Below, in pieces: positions 60,234 through 64,000 of a stretch of 64,000 nucleotides of DNA. A model generated the notes under the pieces. The model saw nothing but the letters and a program-made list of their open reading frames with translations, had not been told where the DNA came from and made no database searches. Origin of the DNA: Antedon mediterranea (lineage: Eukaryota > Animalia > Echinodermata). A program made the position numbers and the translations under genes. Position 1 is the first letter of the stretch, and every line of letters starts with the position of its first letter. Where the stretch lies: the NCBI RefSeq assembly GCF_964355755.1, contig NC_092671.1, forward strand, positions 9,052,001 to 9,116,000, given 5' to 3'.

Positions 60234-63200
60234 ATGCTACAACGAAGTAATAAAGGTAAGCCTAGTAAATATAATACACATTCCAATTGTGTATTTTAAA
60301 TGCATTGTTATATAACCACTTTTAAAGACTTATTAGGCTAGGCCTATCTAGGCTTTCGTCTGACCAAACAGCACCACCAGGAAGGAAAGCTTCGGTCACA
60401 GTGCATATCGGCCGCCAGTCATTTCGGCCGCCGGTTATGGAACGCCTAAAATCATGAAACGACAAAATATGTATTGTTCATTTCGGCCGCCAATCGTCAA
60501 TATTGTTAATGTATGGCACGCCTCAATTATAAAAAATGGTGTATACATGTGCCTATCGCCTGAATAGACGTGCTTCAAGCAGCAATCAACAAAAACGATC
60601 ATACTTTTTGATTTGTATAGAGTTGCGCTATTTTACTGTCATTCGCCGGCTTCTTCCTGAGAACTGAGCCCTACAACCCCTCAGCCCCTCCCCCCCCCCC
60701 ACAACAACCACTGTGAAATAAAATAAGTCGTGTAGAAATACTTTAGTTAAAACTACTAAACTAATGATTTACACGGGTTTTTGATGATATCGGTCGCGTT
60801 TGAAATCGGTCACCCTATTTTGTATGGAGCGGGATGCATGCTAGCGGGATATACATTTTCTTCATTTATATAGATTTAATTGATATTTTTTAGGGGCTAG
60901 ATTATTTATGTGGATATTTTTTATTTGGTTATCAATCATTATTAATTTTAAATGTATTTCACAGGTATCGGAGAAGGACTATGTCTTTCCAAAATAGTCA
61001 TTTCTAAACACGTTTAAATATTAAATTAGGTAAATATTATATCAGGCATATAATAATTTACCTCCAGTTATATGTACTGTAATTAATATATTATATAGAG
61101 AATATACATCTGTCCTTTATTATGCAAACAATTACGTAAAAGAGAACAATTTATTTAAAAACAATAATTGTTACAATGTATAGCCCGTAAAGCCAGCGTA
61201 TCCATTGTTATACTTATGCATAATGTGGCAGATTATATCATGTCGTTAACAACATACTATTCGATCACATAATTTTTATTTTTTTATTTTACTTACATAC
61301 TTTATGTAGGATAATATTATTAAGTGTATAATAATAATTGTTGAGACAAATCACGTGTATACTTTTATTTCTAATGTTTAAAATAGTTGTTAGTAAAAAT
61401 GATCATTATATGCGGATGGTTAAAAGGCGAGTTACTGAAATAAACCCCCGAATAAGCCATATTGGGGGAGATGCGCCTTCTATGATCATGCAGCTGTTTC
61501 CTCTAACAATGCGTTATTTTGCTGACGGGGTTTCCCCTTTTTTAAAAGCACGCACTTGTTAGTGTGTCAAATCATGGACAAAACACGTACGATCGTTGTC
61601 CATGGCCAGGTAAAGATGCCGTCTATTACTAATAACCATACTTTTAAAACGTCTATAGGCCTCCTGCACGTGTTTTTGTGAAACGATGTATATAATTTAC
61701 GTATATTGTACGTCGATACTATAGATTTTAATTTGAAAAATATCTTTTATTTCTTTATTTACAATAATCATTTAATGTAAATAATTAAGTAAGTAGTCTC
61801 ACATAACATCCATACGACGTTCGTAAATCTAAATGTTTAAATATCAGTACCTCTTTGAGAATCGTGTCCACCTTTATTATCCATACATTATTCTCACATC
61901 TATCATTGTACATCATAGACATACTGTAGGGCTGGTAGATTGATTTATAATGGAATATTATCTATATTTTATTATTATCCTAAACCATGCTCACGTCAGA
62001 GTGGCGGATATCGAATGCAAAAATCATCATCATGCATCAAATTCCTTTATTGCATAAACCTCATTGAGCTGGTATCCACTTGCAGGTATAGAACGAGTTT
62101 CGTAATTAACTGTGATTAAAAAATACGCAATAGGCGCGTCTACTTGTTTAACTATTAAATTATTATTTATTTTCGAAACCTTAAACAACGGCATGCTAAA
62201 AGAACACATTACAATTCATTAAAACCTGTAAGATAAAATGGAAACACAAATTATTTATAAATAATGAGATAAATATTTATATTTACTGTACTTAAAAAAT
62301 AACGATCGAGGTTTAAAAAAATGTCAAACAGTATTATTAGAAATTCCAATATTCAAAATTAACTAAAAACATAATGAACGTTTTCATTAAAAATGTATCT
62401 AATGCGCCATATGCAAATTAGCGCGACCAAAATAAAACGCGACCGATATCAAACGTAACTAATAGGATAAAAAGCGTATCTAGCGGCGCTCCATACAAAA
62501 TACCGGATGTTTATTTTATCGCGACCGATTTCAAACGCGATCGATTTCAAGCGCAACCGATTTCATCTGACACCATTTACACACGTCTATTCAGGCGATA
62601 GGCACATGTATACACCCTTTTTGACAAGTAAGTAACAATACGTTATTAACAATATTGACGATTCTGGCGGCCGAAATGAACAATACATATTTTTTCTTTT
62701 TTGGCGTTTTATGATTTTGGGCGTTCCATAACCGGCGGCCGAAATGACTGGCGGCCGAAATGATCAGACACCAAAGCTTCCACTAGGCGTAGGCCAACTA
62801 GACTAGCGGTTCGAAAGGGCATAGGCCTAGTTAGTAGCCTTGTGCCTGTTCGTGCTGATGGATGCTGATAGTAATACTAATTTACAACTGTGCCAATAGA
62901 AAAACTTTTTGAGTATGTGTGCAGATAGCTTTGTCTGGTGGAATATAGGACTAGTTAGTCTGTCTAGGGTTAATTATTAATATTATAAATAAAAGTGATT
63001 GAATTTCTTTTTGCTCTCAAAAAGTTTTTTTAGATCACATCATACTTCATAGCCTAGAGGCCCTACATTGAACTTTATAAACTTGTACTTGTTTCTCCAT
63101 AGCAGGCCTTCTAGGCCTCTCTTCATATCAGTCACCAATGATATGGACATTTATAAGAACAATGAAATCTGTAAATACAAGAAAGAAAAAACCTATGCAC

Positions 63201-64000
63201 ATAATGAGAGCAAAGCTCATGAAAGTAACAGAGTGGAGAGAGAAGCCAGATTATCGTCCTGCTGGACTTTTATGTGATCGTATTGCAGCAAAAAAAATTG
63301 TGGAAGTTGAACCAGAAGTAAGTACACTGATAACCAACAATCTAGGTCAGAGTTCTCTCAACTTTGTATTTAAATAAATTTCAGTATGTCCGTAGTAAAT
63401 AGTAAATTTCAGTAGTCATTTTTACTCATCATGTCAATCAGTCATTCTGTTTTTGAGACTGCGCATAATGATTTTCTGACTTGACAGTGCATTATATTTG
63501 CTTGGTGCATCATGAAAATGCTTTGTTTTACTCGTGCAATAATTCAATAGTTTGTATGTACTGTATTACGATAGCATTTATCTTCATTTCCGTACATCCA
63601 TAATATGACCAAATTTTCTGTAGTAACTACTATAAATGTTCCATAGTTGTAGTATATTTGTTTGTATATAATAATTTTGTTTTTCTTCAAGGAAAACCTT
63701 GCCCTAGAGTTTGAAGCAAGAGAGTTTTACAAGCTCCTGTCCTCCTCAAAGATGGTAGCAGTGTTTCACAATAATGGCATTAATATGCAAACAAAAACAA
63801 ACTTACAGAAGAAATTGATGAAAGCGAACATTCAAGTGCATATCATTGCTAATGATGCTGCGAAATTGGGAACAGATGGCACAGAATTTGCCAACATGCA
63901 GCGTCTATTTATTGGAAGTAATCTATATGCTGTGTCCGATAAACCCAATGTAAAAGAATTGTTGAAAGCTACCAGAAAAGTACCAAGTATTCTACTAATT
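60234..64000 (+). CDS. MRPL10: Mitochondrial ribosomal protein uL10m (partial, runs off window)
   Basis: Exons 60234-60255 (tentative), 63106-63317, 63692->64000. RKKKPMHIMRAKLMKVTEW resembles human RHRRVMHFQRQKLMAVTEY; KMVAVFHN...FANMQRLFIGSNLYAVSDKPNVKELLKATRKVPSILLI fits the L10 domain. Confidence 0.85.
60394..62772. mobile_element. Non-autonomous DNA transposon (GGTCACAGTG...TCAGACACC, 8-bp TSD), outer element
   Basis: TSD AAAGCTTC at 60386-60393 and 62773-62780. About 180-bp subterminal inverted arms with CATTTCGGCCGCC repeated and GTATACATGTGCCTATCGCCTGAATAGACGTG. Confidence 0.9.
60775..62574. mobile_element. Nested 1.8-kb non-autonomous DNA transposon (GGGTTTTTGAT...ATCTGACACC, 8-bp TSD)
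   Basis: TSD ATTTACAC at 60767-60774 and 62575-62582. Subterminal inverted motifs GA(T/A)ATCGGTCGCG / CGCGACCGAT(T/A)TC and TATTTTGTATGGAGC / GCTCCATACAAAATA. Confidence 0.85.

Overview
AT-rich, intron-containing eukaryotic DNA from an invertebrate animal, probably a marine deuterostome (inferred from protein similarity and TE types, not certain). Hand splicing gives seven protein-coding genes: LTO1/ORAOV1 (+), TIGAR (-), catalase (+), inscuteable (-), Arp3/ACTR3 (+), a ~990-aa two-SH3 Dlish/Vamana-like protein (-), and the 5' part of MRPL10 (+). Introns and spacers are packed with non-autonomous DNA elements and truncated CR1-group LINEs. Highlights: (1) a 3.4-kb foldback palindrome with a 7-bp TSD about 370 bp upstream of TIGAR; (2) GG..CC elements with 8-bp TSDs and asymmetric outer termini, one nested in another and one holding a LINE; (3) several 12-29-bp CATGGAG/CAGGGAG hairpins or half-hairpins with 7-bp duplications, resembling P-superfamily excision footprints; (4) a 25-bp minisatellite with a 225-bp higher-order repeat, apparently MITE-derived; (5) a convergent LTO1-TIGAR pair matching the predicted ancestor of two human CCND-FGF paralogous blocks. 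All gene models were read by eye; no database searches were run.
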